A DNA stretch of 64,000 bases, taken from the IMG/VR virus record IMGVR_UViG_3300027754_000037; one strand, 5' to 3'. Each line of letters opens with the position of its first letter. Position 1 is the first letter of the stretch. A program made the translations under genes and the position numbers. The notes under the pieces were generated by a model. The model saw only the letters and a list, made by a program, of their open reading frames with translations. It was not told where the DNA came from and searched no databases. Below, piece after piece: positions 29,161-37,966 of this stretch. The DNA comes from a virus (taxonomy: Duplodnaviria; Caudoviricetes).

Positions 29161-30213
29161 ATGAGCAATTACATAGACCATCTGCCAACTTGGGAAGAGT
29201 TAGCCAAATCCCATGATTTTTCCCGCTGTACCGTGCTTGAATACGGTTGTGGAGTCGGCACCAAAACTCTTTGTAAACTATTTAAAAAATGCGTCAGCGT
29301 TGAATTATATCATGAAGACTTTTTGTTGCCAAATTGGTTTCAACAATTATCAGATGATCTTGAACAAAACCAAATAAGCAACTGGTGCGGAAAGCTAGTC
29401 CGTGTAGACGGCTCAATTTGTCAAATCGAAGATGAAATTCGTAAAAACAATTTAATCCAAACTAGAAATCTTGATTCGCCATCCAAGGATTTTCTTAAAC
29501 AGGTTGTTCAAAGTGACATCGAAAAACATCGTCCCGATGTCGTCTTTGTTGATCCGGGTATTCATTTGCGGGGAGAAATCGCAAGAATAATCATGGAAAA
29601 TTACTGGTCGCCTCTAGTTGTACTCCACGATTACAACTGGCAAGATGACAGGTATGGCTACCATCTGCTGAAAGACATTTCTAATTATTCTTTGAGCGTT
29701 CCGATTCCGGGTGGTCTTGGCACAGCGGTCTACTCTCAATCCGTCACAGATTGCCTTGTCAAAAATCTCACAAAATTCAAAGATAATCGGGGATTTTTTT
29801 CTGAAATATTCAACCAGAATAATTTTGATTTTGTAGTAAAACAAATCAATCATAGTCACAGCAAAAAGGGAACTCTAAGAGGCATTCACAAAGCGCCATT
29901 TGAAAAGCTTGTCACATGCGTTAGTGGTCGTATTTTGGATGTGTGCGTTGATTTACGGCCAGAAAGTCCCACTTATCTTCATCATGTGGCTGTGGAACTC
30001 AACGAGCAGAATGGATTGCAATTACTGGTTCCCAAGAATTGCGGTCATGCTTTTTTGGCGTTAGAAGAGGCCACAATCATCTACAGCCAGTCAGATGTGT
30101 ACTGCCCCAGAAAGGAATCGTCTGTAAGATTTGATGATCCAAAAGTCGGGATCAAATGGCCTATCATGGAATACATCATTTCTGATAAAGACCTTGCGAA
30201 TCCTAGCCTTTAG
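29161..30213 (+). CDS. rmlC: Methyltransferase-like domain fused to dTDP-4-dehydrorhamnose 3,5-epimerase
   Basis: N-term VLEYGCG and VFVDPG; C-term DNRGFFSE, GTLRGIH, DVCVDLRPESPT, HAF, DDP..GIKWP, SDKD. Confidence 0.88.
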   Translation: MSNYIDHLPTWEELAKSHDFSRCTVLEYGCGVGTKTLCKLFKKCVSVELYHEDFLLPNWFQQLSDDLEQNQISNWCGKLVRVDGSICQIEDEIRKNNLIQTRNLDSPSKDFLKQVVQSDIEKHRPDVVFVDPGIHLRGEIARIIMENYWSPLVVLHDYNWQDDRYGYHLLKDISNYSLSVPIPGGLGTAVYSQSVTDCLVKNLTKFKDNRGFFSEIFNQNNFDFVVKQINHSHSKKGTLRGIHKAPFEKLVTCVSGRILDVCVDLRPESPTYLHHVAVELNEQNGLQLLVPKNCGHAFLALEEATIIYSQSDVYCPRKESSVRFDDPKVGIKWPIMEYIISDKDLANPSL

Positions 30214-30913
30214 GGTCATACCAAACTGCTTCCGTGGCAAATCCGCTGGCATCGTCAGACGGTGTATTGGTGAAATAATACATGGCAATAGAGTATCGAC
30301 ATACATCTTCAGGACACATCAAAACATCTGGGTGACCATGTAGTGCTTTGTCAGTAGTGTTGAAAAGCACGGCACGATTGAATATAGGCAAGACTTCGAC
30401 CTTTTTCTCCATGCTGTGATATTCAAACAATTGCAATGAACCGCCCCACTCGGGTTGCCACTCACGGTTCAAATACAGCAACAAGTTCACCCTGCGAAAC
30501 ATTTGATTGTTCATAGGGTGCATGGCGTAATCTGTATGAATTCCTAGTTTTCCCCCGCTGGCAATTTTATGCAAACCACCACCAGTCATGCTCAAATCGG
30601 GAACTAAACCCTGAATTCCAGTCAAATCCTCAACAAATTTGATAAATCGTGGTGAATTCAGATAGTCCAGCAATAATCGTGTTAAATCGGGTATTTGTTC
30701 CAGATTTCTTTGGTCGCTCGGTGTGTTCCACTTTTTCACTTGAAATTTGTGGTCGTTACCTTCCCTCCCCCAATCTTTAAAATTGACAATTTCGTCAACA
30801 ACCGTATTCAAAAATTTTTCATTTTGAATAAAGTTATCAATTGCGATATAAGGGAAAGGCAATGCAGAAGCATAGTTGGTGTGAAGCTGTCTGCCTAACT
30901 TGTGATTTATCAT
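30203..30913 (-). CDS. 2OG-Fe(II) oxygenase
   Basis: GGGLH, HTD, RRVNLLLYLN, WGGSL, HGHP, RYSIAMYY. Confidence 0.9.
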   Translation of the reverse strand: MINHKLGRQLHTNYASALPFPYIAIDNFIQNEKFLNTVVDEIVNFKDWGREGNDHKFQVKKWNTPSDQRNLEQIPDLTRLLLDYLNSPRFIKFVEDLTGIQGLVPDLSMTGGGLHKIASGGKLGIHTDYAMHPMNNQMFRRVNLLLYLNREWQPEWGGSLQLFEYHSMEKKVEVLPIFNRAVLFNTTDKALHGHPDVLMCPEDVCRYSIAMYYFTNTPSDDASGFATEAVWYDPKG

Positions 30914-30999
30914 GAAGATAAATAAGTAAATTTTTTATTTTTTGACAAGTTTGTGTTAAAGTACAAAATCCAATGAGTTTTTAAATCCTTTGGAAATGC

Positions 31000-31353
31000 T
31001 TGATGAATTATTTCTTTGATTCAACTGATTGCAAGATAATCACACAAAGTCAGGCATATGTCATTCCACGATCAATCGGACAAGAAATCAGAAAACAACC
31101 TTGTTTTTTGATGTTTGATTCCGGCAGGGTCGTTTCATTTTGGGATTTGAGCAACCAGCATTACTCTTGTGACATTGAAAATCAGATCATTTCGGTTAAC
31201 TCCACTCTTCAAGTACGCAAAGTGATCAACGATCTTAAAAAGGCATACTCTGAGGCTGGATTGCAAATTCCGGGTCTGTCGCTTATTTTCTGTCGGATAA
31301 GTCTCGTAGGAAAAAACCCTGTAATTAGCCATGAACATAAATTCTTTACTTGA
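31000..31353 (+). CDS. Hypothetical protein
   Basis: 117 aa ORF co-directional with downstream genes. Confidence 0.5.
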   Translation: MMNYFFDSTDCKIITQSQAYVIPRSIGQEIRKQPCFLMFDSGRVVSFWDLSNQHYSCDIENQIISVNSTLQVRKVINDLKKAYSEAGLQIPGLSLIFCRISLVGKNPVISHEHKFFT

Positions 31354-31669
31354 TCAAATCAAAAACACCTATTCAGATGTTGCCATCTATGCCAAGGAAG
31401 ACTCTCTTGTAATCAACCTTAATTACATCAAAGTCCCAGAAGCGCATCAGAACAAAGGAATTGGCTCTAAAATCATAGAAATTTTGCAGGAATATGCTAC
31501 AAACGCATCGAAGGCAATTGTCATAGAGCCGATGCCACAAAAAGGCAAAATTCTGGCTTTAAAACGATTTTATAAGAGACATGGCTTTGTCCCTAACTCT
31601 GGAAATTATTTTGTAGTTTCTTTCAACAGAAAGTGGACTGAGACTTGGTATTGGAGACCGAATTTTTAG
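31331..31669 (+). CDS. GNAT-family acetyltransferase
   Basis: V....QNKGIGS motif A, RFYKRHGF motif B. Confidence 0.8.
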   Translation: MNINSLLDQIKNTYSDVAIYAKEDSLVINLNYIKVPEAHQNKGIGSKIIEILQEYATNASKAIVIEPMPQKGKILALKRFYKRHGFVPNSGNYFVVSFNRKWTETWYWRPNF

Positions 31670-31725
31670 AACTTCGGATTAGAAGTTTTTTGACGAATAT
31701 TTGCCAATTCACAGTAAATAAAAAC

Positions 31726-32595
31726 ATGATAAAATCTTTTCTTGAATATTTGGCTGAAGCCACTAAGGGCAACCAGCCCAAGATCAAAATCGTTGCCATT
31801 CAGGGATCGCCAAGAACAATAGATTCTTGTTCAGGTGGAGATTCCAAAACTTCTTTTTTACTCAAGAAGGCAATCGATAGTCTTTCCAACGATATTGTCG
31901 TAGATTTGATTGATTTGAAAGTGATGGATACCGATCCTCAGGTTCGACCTTGTAAGGGTTGTATAGGCACTTCCAACGGCTTTCATTGCCATTTCCCATG
32001 CAGTTGTTATGACAAGGACGATGGCACCAACGATTTAATGCATGAAGAAAATGTATATGAAAGAATGCAAAAAGCAGATGGCTTTGTGGTTTTCACTCCT
32101 GTGCATTGGTCTGGACCTAGCAGTCAAGTTAAGGCATTTTTCGACAGGTTGGTTTGTGTTAATCTGACTCTGACAAGAGAAGATGCCAAGAAGCTTTACG
32201 GCAAAGATATCAAAGACCCGAAGAAGACTATCGCTGCTGAACAATCTGGAAAGTATAGGGATTTGCTAAAAAATCACTTTGAAGGTAAGTTCGGAGCTTT
32301 TTTCATTCACGGTGATGACGGAGCAAATGATTACAACAATGGCAAAATTCCCCTGTCGATGGCACAACATAAGTCAATGGATTACATGAGCCCCAAAGAG
32401 GGGATCATGCCTATTGTCAACCAATGCAGATATTCTGGTATTTTTGTGCATGAAGATTGCATTCATGGGCAAGTTTTTGGTTACAAAAAACCATATAGTC
32501 AAAATAATATCGACATTAAGAAAAGCGAAATGATTGAAAAAGCTTCAAAATTAGTCGATTGTCTTGTCCAACACATTCGTAAATCCAAAAATTGA
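31726..32595 (+). CDS. Flavodoxin-like NADPH-dependent FMN reductase / iron-sulfur flavoprotein
   Basis: IQGSPR, PCKGC...CHFPC.C, ADG...TPV.W, FFDR; N-term MIKSFLEYLAE. Confidence 0.85.
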   Translation: MIKSFLEYLAEATKGNQPKIKIVAIQGSPRTIDSCSGGDSKTSFLLKKAIDSLSNDIVVDLIDLKVMDTDPQVRPCKGCIGTSNGFHCHFPCSCYDKDDGTNDLMHEENVYERMQKADGFVVFTPVHWSGPSSQVKAFFDRLVCVNLTLTREDAKKLYGKDIKDPKKTIAAEQSGKYRDLLKNHFEGKFGAFFIHGDDGANDYNNGKIPLSMAQHKSMDYMSPKEGIMPIVNQCRYSGIFVHEDCIHGQVFGYKKPYSQNNIDIKKSEMIEKASKLVDCLVQHIRKSKN

Positions 32596-32978
32596 GCTTA
32601 TGTTGCAGCAACATAAATTCATGTTATACTGCTTCTGTTCTTGTCCCGAAGGCCATGCTTAAGAAAGTTAAAAACATGTCAGATGAAATTGTTATGCCAG
32701 AGATCAAGCACTCTGAAAAGATGCGAGATAGTTTGAAGAATTTCGTAGGCCAGCCAATCGCAATACTTTGTGCACGATTTAATTATCGTGGCATCTTGAG
32801 TCATGTTGGCGATGATCATCTTGTTTTGGCGCAGGCCCGTGCTGTGGAATCCAGCGGCGCAAGTAGCCAAGAACGACCTACTAATGAGGACGCTATAGGT
32901 TGCTCTATTTTTATTAGTCTTAATGCTGTCGAATTGGTATATTGGCCTCGTTGGGCATATGCCTCTTTGGATGACTGA
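32592..32978 (+). CDS. Hypothetical protein, possible Sm/LSm-like fold (start probably 32655 or 32676)
   Basis: GQPIAILC..FNYRGIL..VGDDHLVL pattern. Confidence 0.55.
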   Translation: MSLCCSNINSCYTASVLVPKAMLKKVKNMSDEIVMPEIKHSEKMRDSLKNFVGQPIAILCARFNYRGILSHVGDDHLVLAQARAVESSGASSQERPTNEDAIGCSIFISLNAVELVYWPRWAYASLDD

Positions 32979-33615
32979 TATAACTTCGACACTCAGGAAT
33001 TCACTCATGAAGAACACGGGATATGAGGCTTGGAAGGCTCGTTTGGATTTTATGTCCAAAGAGTTTCCTTTTACAACTCATAAGCAGGGCATCGTCACGA
33101 TCAAAAATGAAGATGGTGCCCTTCATGCTGATGATCAACCTGCTTGGCGTTCTCCCACAAGAATCATGTGGTTTCAGAACAACAGAAAGAATGGCATAGA
33201 TGCGGACATATACGGAACAATCACCTATTACTACGAAAATATCCGTATTCCTCCTAAGTTTCATGCTGCCGTCAAAAATCCAAGCTTGCTCACCTTAGAG
33301 GAAGTCCTTGGTCATCCCAATCAAGAAGTTCGCTTCGTAGGGATGAAAATAATTGGGTTTGATGCGATTCGTAAAAGCAAGAACGCAAAAACCATTCACC
33401 GGGACAATAAAACCGGAGCAGAACTATTCCATGTCATGGGTATTTTTGAGGAACCCGTAGCCTTTGTATCGGTTCTCAACAGCACACCTGAGTCTGATGG
33501 GACATTTAAAAGATATTTTCTCTGCGTTCCATCGGACAAAAAAACTTGTCGGTCTGCAATAGCTTGGACCTTCAGGATGGAAGAAGATGAATATAGTCCA
33601 TCTGTGGAAACTTGA
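32971..33615 (+). CDS. DUF6745-like protein
   Basis: N.EVR, V.NSTPE.DGT.K.Y.L.VP, A.AWTF; ATGA-coupled. Confidence 0.7.
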   Translation: MTDITSTLRNSLMKNTGYEAWKARLDFMSKEFPFTTHKQGIVTIKNEDGALHADDQPAWRSPTRIMWFQNNRKNGIDADIYGTITYYYENIRIPPKFHAAVKNPSLLTLEEVLGHPNQEVRFVGMKIIGFDAIRKSKNAKTIHRDNKTGAELFHVMGIFEEPVAFVSVLNSTPESDGTFKRYFLCVPSDKKTCRSAIAWTFRMEEDEYSPSVET

Positions 33616-33647
33616 GGTTTGTTACTATTTAAATTTAGAGGTATATT

Positions 33648-33977
33648 ATGACCAATTTTCAAGCTCGTCAAGGCGACATCATGTTTCGTAGCTGCGACTC
33701 TCCGAACATTACCAAGATGCGCAAAAAGAACGATAATATCCTTGCTCTGGGAGAGGTCACAGGACACTCCCACGCCGTAAAGTCCCATGAAGCAGGCACT
33801 TACGATAGTTATGTCGATGAAAACGGCGACATTTACATGTTGTCTACAGACAAAAACTTTGTCGTTGAACACGATGAACACAATCCTATTACCATGCCCA
33901 AGGGCGAATGGATTTGTGTCAGCAGGCAGATAGAGTTTGACCCTGTAGCAAACTCTCGTAGAATTGTTGCTGATTAA
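33648..33977 (+). CDS. Conserved phage protein (RQGD...GE.TGH.H...HDEH family)
   Basis: RQGD, LALGEVTGHSH, EHDEH, RQ.E.DP; partner of preceding gene. Confidence 0.75.
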   Translation: MTNFQARQGDIMFRSCDSPNITKMRKKNDNILALGEVTGHSHAVKSHEAGTYDSYVDENGDIYMLSTDKNFVVEHDEHNPITMPKGEWICVSRQIEFDPVANSRRIVAD

Positions 33978-34029
33978 GAAATTTTAAAAAAGCCTCACGA
34001 TAAAAAGTGAAGTTTTTCGTTTCTATCAA

Positions 34030-34075
34030 TCTAATTTAATCCCATAGTCACTAACTACTATGGGATTAAATTAGA
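34030..34075 (+). promoter_or_regulatory. 19-bp inverted repeat covering the RBS of the 34083 gene
   Basis: TCTAATTTAATCCCATAGT-cactaact-ACTATGGGATTAAATTAGA; right arm overlaps AGAGG. Confidence 0.7.
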
Positions 34076-34082
34076 GGTTTTT

Positions 34083-34472
34083 ATGAAGAATTTCAGAGAA
34101 TGGGTTGCAGATCGTGGCGGAGCTCCCTATAGGATTGGCAGAGAAGAGCAAGAATTGCTTCAAATGTCGCTCATTCGTTTTGTGAACAAGGCTGGAGTGA
34201 CAGGCTTAATGAAGGATATGAAACCTCTCAACAATGGTTTCACTATGGCATTCAGTCCCAACGAGACTGGTGGTCGCACGGTAGTGAAAGTTTATCTGGA
34301 TGAGGCTCCCTTTAAACCCAAAAGACAAGGCGACCTGCCTCCCAATTTAAAAGCTGATGTGATGATATTTAACAGTCGTCGTGATAGTCTCATGAGACAG
34401 CCTGTCCGCACCATGCGTGATTTACACCCCACAGAACTGTCTGCCCTGCTGTCCCAAATGGCTATGCGATAA
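34083..34472 (+). CDS. Putative internal head protein
   Basis: MKNFREWV N-terminus; GAGG RBS. Confidence 0.65.
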   Translation: MKNFREWVADRGGAPYRIGREEQELLQMSLIRFVNKAGVTGLMKDMKPLNNGFTMAFSPNETGGRTVVKVYLDEAPFKPKRQGDLPPNLKADVMIFNSRRDSLMRQPVRTMRDLHPTELSALLSQMAMR

Positions 34473-34569
34473 TTCTAGCGACATGAACTAGCATCAGTCA
34501 ACCGTGTAGGTGTGTCGGACGATGGTGATTGTGTAGTTTTAGCGGGCAAAGAATTCACATCTTCTCTTG

Positions 34570-35406
34570 TCATGAAATAGTAACCTTTAATTTTGCCTTA
34601 TAGCCCTTAGGTAAAAGATTTTTGACACCCATCAACTCGCCTTCCTTGTCATCCATTCTGACAATCACCTCTTTGCGACTCAGATTCAACAATATTTGAC
34701 CAGTAGTCTGCATGTTGTGCTCTGTTTTAGTCCTATAAGGATTTAGGAAAGGGTCTTGGACATATTTCTTTTTCAAAATATTCAAGACATCCATCGGATT
34801 CTTTGCAGATTGCAACTTCTCCTGCGCTAGCTCCATTCTGCTGTGTGATGACTCTTTCCTCTTGCCACGAGTATATCCTAAACCCGTATGATGGATTCCG
34901 TGATTTGACCTGACTATGATTTTTTGATTCGACTTTTCTATGATTGGTTCATACTTGCGGGAAACCTCAAGCACATATGTCTCTTCCCCATCGCTGACTA
35001 TAGTTTGTCCAGTTAAAGGCGTGCCACCATTTTTATTGCCCAATAAACACTCAACCACATCTTCAATTTTTTTATATGTTAATGCCTTGCGTATCTTCTT
35101 GCCGTCCTTGGTCATCTTCTTTTTCTTGACACCGCCTATCTTTGATTCTTTGGACTCTTTCTCGTCTATAAAAACCAACAGACTGCTGTTCACGATGCCG
35201 ATGCCGTGCTCGTTCATCCCCTCACTCCAGTCCGTCTCGGTGTCATACCAGAGAACAACCTCGGTGCCTTCAATTAACTCATGCAGAATTTCAACTTTAG
35301 CCTTGTAGCCACGATCACGGTTTTTGGCCAAAACAAGTCCTTGAGGCAGGTCTACCGCTGAAACAACACATTCATTGATCTCGTTGATAAATTGTTTAAA
35401 ATCCAT
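34570..35406 (-). CDS. N-terminal-nucleophile (Ntn) hydrolase-like protein with capsid-targeting-like propeptide
   Basis: MDFKQFINEINE then C13 VV...VLAKNRDR, EGMNEHGIGIVNS, RSNHG. Confidence 0.7.
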   Translation of the reverse strand: MDFKQFINEINECVVSAVDLPQGLVLAKNRDRGYKAKVEILHELIEGTEVVLWYDTETDWSEGMNEHGIGIVNSSLLVFIDEKESKESKIGGVKKKKMTKDGKKIRKALTYKKIEDVVECLLGNKNGGTPLTGQTIVSDGEETYVLEVSRKYEPIIEKSNQKIIVRSNHGIHHTGLGYTRGKRKESSHSRMELAQEKLQSAKNPMDVLNILKKKYVQDPFLNPYRTKTEHNMQTTGQILLNLSRKEVIVRMDDKEGELMGVKNLLPKGYKAKLKVTIS

Positions 35407-35432
35407 TTATTTTTCCCTCTTATTTTTATGTA

Positions 35433-35675
35433 TTAAAATCGTAGAAAAATAAAGAATAATATAGTTTCAAGAAAGGGCACGGTACTTACAAAACAAGATA
35501 AAATTTTGTTTTTAATATTTAGGGAAAGCACAGCACTTGAAAGACACACAAATGGAAAGCAAAAAAACATCGATGACAAAAAATCACCCGATGTTCCAGC
35601 CAGTAGACAAGGTATAAAAAACAAAACACCAGCCAATATGTTAATCGTGGTCATTAACCATATGATTTTATCCAT
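35433..35675 (-). CDS. Small membrane protein
   Basis: Three hydrophobic segments. Confidence 0.55.
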   Translation of the reverse strand: MDKIIWLMTTINILAGVLFFIPCLLAGTSGDFLSSMFFCFPFVCLSSAVLSLNIKNKILSCFVSTVPFLETILFFIFLRF

Positions 35676-35727
35676 GCAATATTAATTGTTTTTGCTGTCT
35701 GTTTTTCTGCCTGACCTTGCATTTGTA

Positions 35728-36411
35728 TTACAATCCTTGCGCCAAATTCCTCAGCAATTCACGATTGTCGTACATCACAATATCATCGAAACCTTCGCTT
35801 GGAGATACCTCCTCAAAACTTGAAAACATCCTGTCAAAAGCAGAATCCGGTATAGTCTTCGACCCACCAGAATCTCGAATCTCTTTGGCTCTCTTCGCAG
35901 CAACTTTTTTAATCACATCCTCTGACCCTTGGAATGGGAAAATGACCGCAACCTTGTGGAAGCCCTCTTCTTGTCCTTTGACGGCCTCTAATGCACTTTT
36001 ACGAGCTTTAACATTCATGTTGGTCATGTCAACGACAATATTCTGACCAGATTCGACTGCTCTTGAAATTCTCTGACGCAGAATAGAGTTGATTTGATTG
36101 TTTGCCTGCACGATCTTGTCATAAGACATAGGTTGCCAAGTCATAAAAGCTGGAGATGCAAATACCCGACCATACTTGGGATGGTTGTCGCCAACTTGAG
36201 AATTTGGAGGAGGAACCATAAACATGTCGTCATAAGTCATTTGCAATCTGCCAGCAACACGGTCAACTATGATGTCTCTGTTGATGATGTAAGGCTCATC
36301 ATGAAAATTGTTTTCAATCCAAGTAGACTTTCCAACAGATGGAGGTCCAACCAAAACAAATATTTTCCTCTTACCATCAGCTTTTTCGACCCATTGAGCG
36401 AATGCCTTCAT
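35728..36411 (-). CDS. P-loop kinase (AAA_33/polynucleotide-kinase-like)
   Basis: VLVGPPSVGKSTW, INRD, VVDMTN...RK; N-term MKAFAQWVE; ATGA-coupled. Confidence 0.8.
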   Translation of the reverse strand: MKAFAQWVEKADGKRKIFVLVGPPSVGKSTWIENNFHDEPYIINRDIIVDRVAGRLQMTYDDMFMVPPPNSQVGDNHPKYGRVFASPAFMTWQPMSYDKIVQANNQINSILRQRISRAVESGQNIVVDMTNMNVKARKSALEAVKGQEEGFHKVAVIFPFQGSEDVIKKVAAKRAKEIRDSGGSKTIPDSAFDRMFSSFEEVSPSEGFDDIVMYDNRELLRNLAQGL

Positions 36412-36653
36412 GTCTTTTCCTCTTTGTCTGTATGTGACCAAATATAATAGCCCCTTAAATGCATAATGATAAACACGCAGTTCATCATCATGCAGGCTAG
36501 ACTTTCTACCATGAAACCTAAAATAATACCAAAGGTATTGCCTGTAACCCCAAAAAGGAAACCTAAACGATTTTTATTGCCCACAAGCCAGAGTTGTGTC
36601 ACTACAACCAAAAAAATGATCCAATCTACACCGTAATATTTGAAAATGTTCAT
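36408..36653 (-). CDS. Small membrane protein (PnuC-like half transporter)
   Basis: DW...LWLVGNK..GF..G..GN with three hydrophobic helices. Confidence 0.55.
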   Translation of the reverse strand: MNIFKYYGVDWIIFLVVVTQLWLVGNKNRLGFLFGVTGNTFGIILGFMVESLACMMMNCVFIIMHLRGYYIWSHTDKEEKT

Positions 36654-36702
36654 TTTTTATTTGGCTACACATTGTGGATTGTCGGCGGTAAATCCATAAA
36701 AT

Positions 36703-37077
36703 TCAAAAAACATTGTCATCGCTGCTTTCCTTGGGCTTCTGGCTGATCATATGCCGGATGGTTCTGGCGATCTGCTCCAAAGCCTCCGCTGTTTGCTCGT
36801 CAGCTTGTCCCAAATAAATCTGGATTCTATTGTATTTGTCGGCACGGCGATCTTTTACCTCGACTGCTGTGCCATAAACTTGCGCAATCAATTCGTCACC
36901 ATACTTGTGCTGATTCTGGGCAATAGTCAGACTCACTCTGCCTTCCAAATGCAACTTTTTAGTCTTGTAAGCCACTTCCCCACGGCAATTTTCCATGCTC
37001 CTCTCCCACATGTGAAATGTGATGCCGTGAGCCATATCGTTCTGTCGTGTGTCTCTTCGTCGATTCCAAGCACTCAT
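36703..37077 (-). CDS. Hypothetical protein
   Basis: 124 aa ORF with GGAG RBS. Confidence 0.6.
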   Translation of the reverse strand: MSAWNRRRDTRQNDMAHGITFHMWERSMENCRGEVAYKTKKLHLEGRVSLTIAQNQHKYGDELIAQVYGTAVEVKDRRADKYNRIQIYLGQADEQTAEALEQIARTIRHMISQKPKESSDDNVF

Positions 37078-37494
37078 CGCAATCTCCTAAAATTTTTATG
37101 ATCTTATCACCTTACCACAAAAATTTCAAAAAAAAACTAGGCAAATAAACCTACGACATTGTCCACCACTTTTCTTTGCCGAACATACGCAAATTAACAC
37201 AAAATCCTTGCAATACAAAATCTCTTTCTTTAGAATCGTTTATCATGATTTTTCGCAACACAAGCTGGTCCAACACAACACTTTTTAGTGCTGATTTTTT
37301 GTATAGCTTCGCATTTAAAACAGATATAGATTATTCAATGAATTGGCGCAGTTTTCATCAAGTCTCAGTCGAATACCCACCTCAAATTTTTGCCTCTAAC
37401 TGCCAATCCAGCCGTTGCTGGAGCAACCTCTGATTTACAAACCAAATAAATGATGTTAAGTTTGCCGTGACTGTATTCAAGCACGGAGACCTAC

Positions 37495-37722
37495 ATGGAA
37501 GTCCAAGTCAACGATATTGTTCAAATCAATCCAGAAGTCAACCACCACGACGGTTTCTGGGCCGGAAACCTACTTGTAGTCACAGAAGTCAAAAGTTGGG
37601 GAGTTCAAGGTTATTGCAGAACACCTGAAGGCTATGCATATATGCGCCTCAAAAATGACCAATACGAAAAAGTTGGAGCTTTAGTCTGGACTCCTGAAAG
37701 CATAGTTAAGGAGAAATCATGA
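37495..37722 (+). CDS. Conserved hypothetical phage protein
   Basis: DIVQINP...VVTEVKSWGVQGY pattern; GGAG RBS. Confidence 0.7.
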   Translation: MEVQVNDIVQINPEVNHHDGFWAGNLLVVTEVKSWGVQGYCRTPEGYAYMRLKNDQYEKVGALVWTPESIVKEKS

Positions 37723-37904
37723 ATGCACCAGATGGAGAAATGAAACTTGTGGTTTGGAAAGAAGAAAAAAACAAATGGCTATGGCAGATCGAAGAAAATG
37801 GCAAAAAAATAAAAGGTCGAAATGTGGATGGCAAAGCAGAATCATTTCAAGAAGCATATACCGCAGCTAAAAAGAGATTGCTGCAAGAAAAAAGAAAAGA
37901 GTAG
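37719..37904 (+). CDS. Hypothetical small protein
   Basis: ATGA-coupled. Confidence 0.55.
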   Translation: MNAPDGEMKLVVWKEEKNKWLWQIEENGKKIKGRNVDGKAESFQEAYTAAKKRLLQEKRKE

Positions 37905-37966
37905 CAATCAAAGGTTGTTCTAGCACTCAAAAAACACTATCCTCCAAGTTTTACAAGGAGGAAGAA

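Noticed and set aside
14178-30913. 2OG-Fe(II) oxygenases as prolyl/lysyl hydroxylases for the collagen fibre
   Set aside because: The visible collagen repeat has essentially no Pro or Lys; targets remain unknown.
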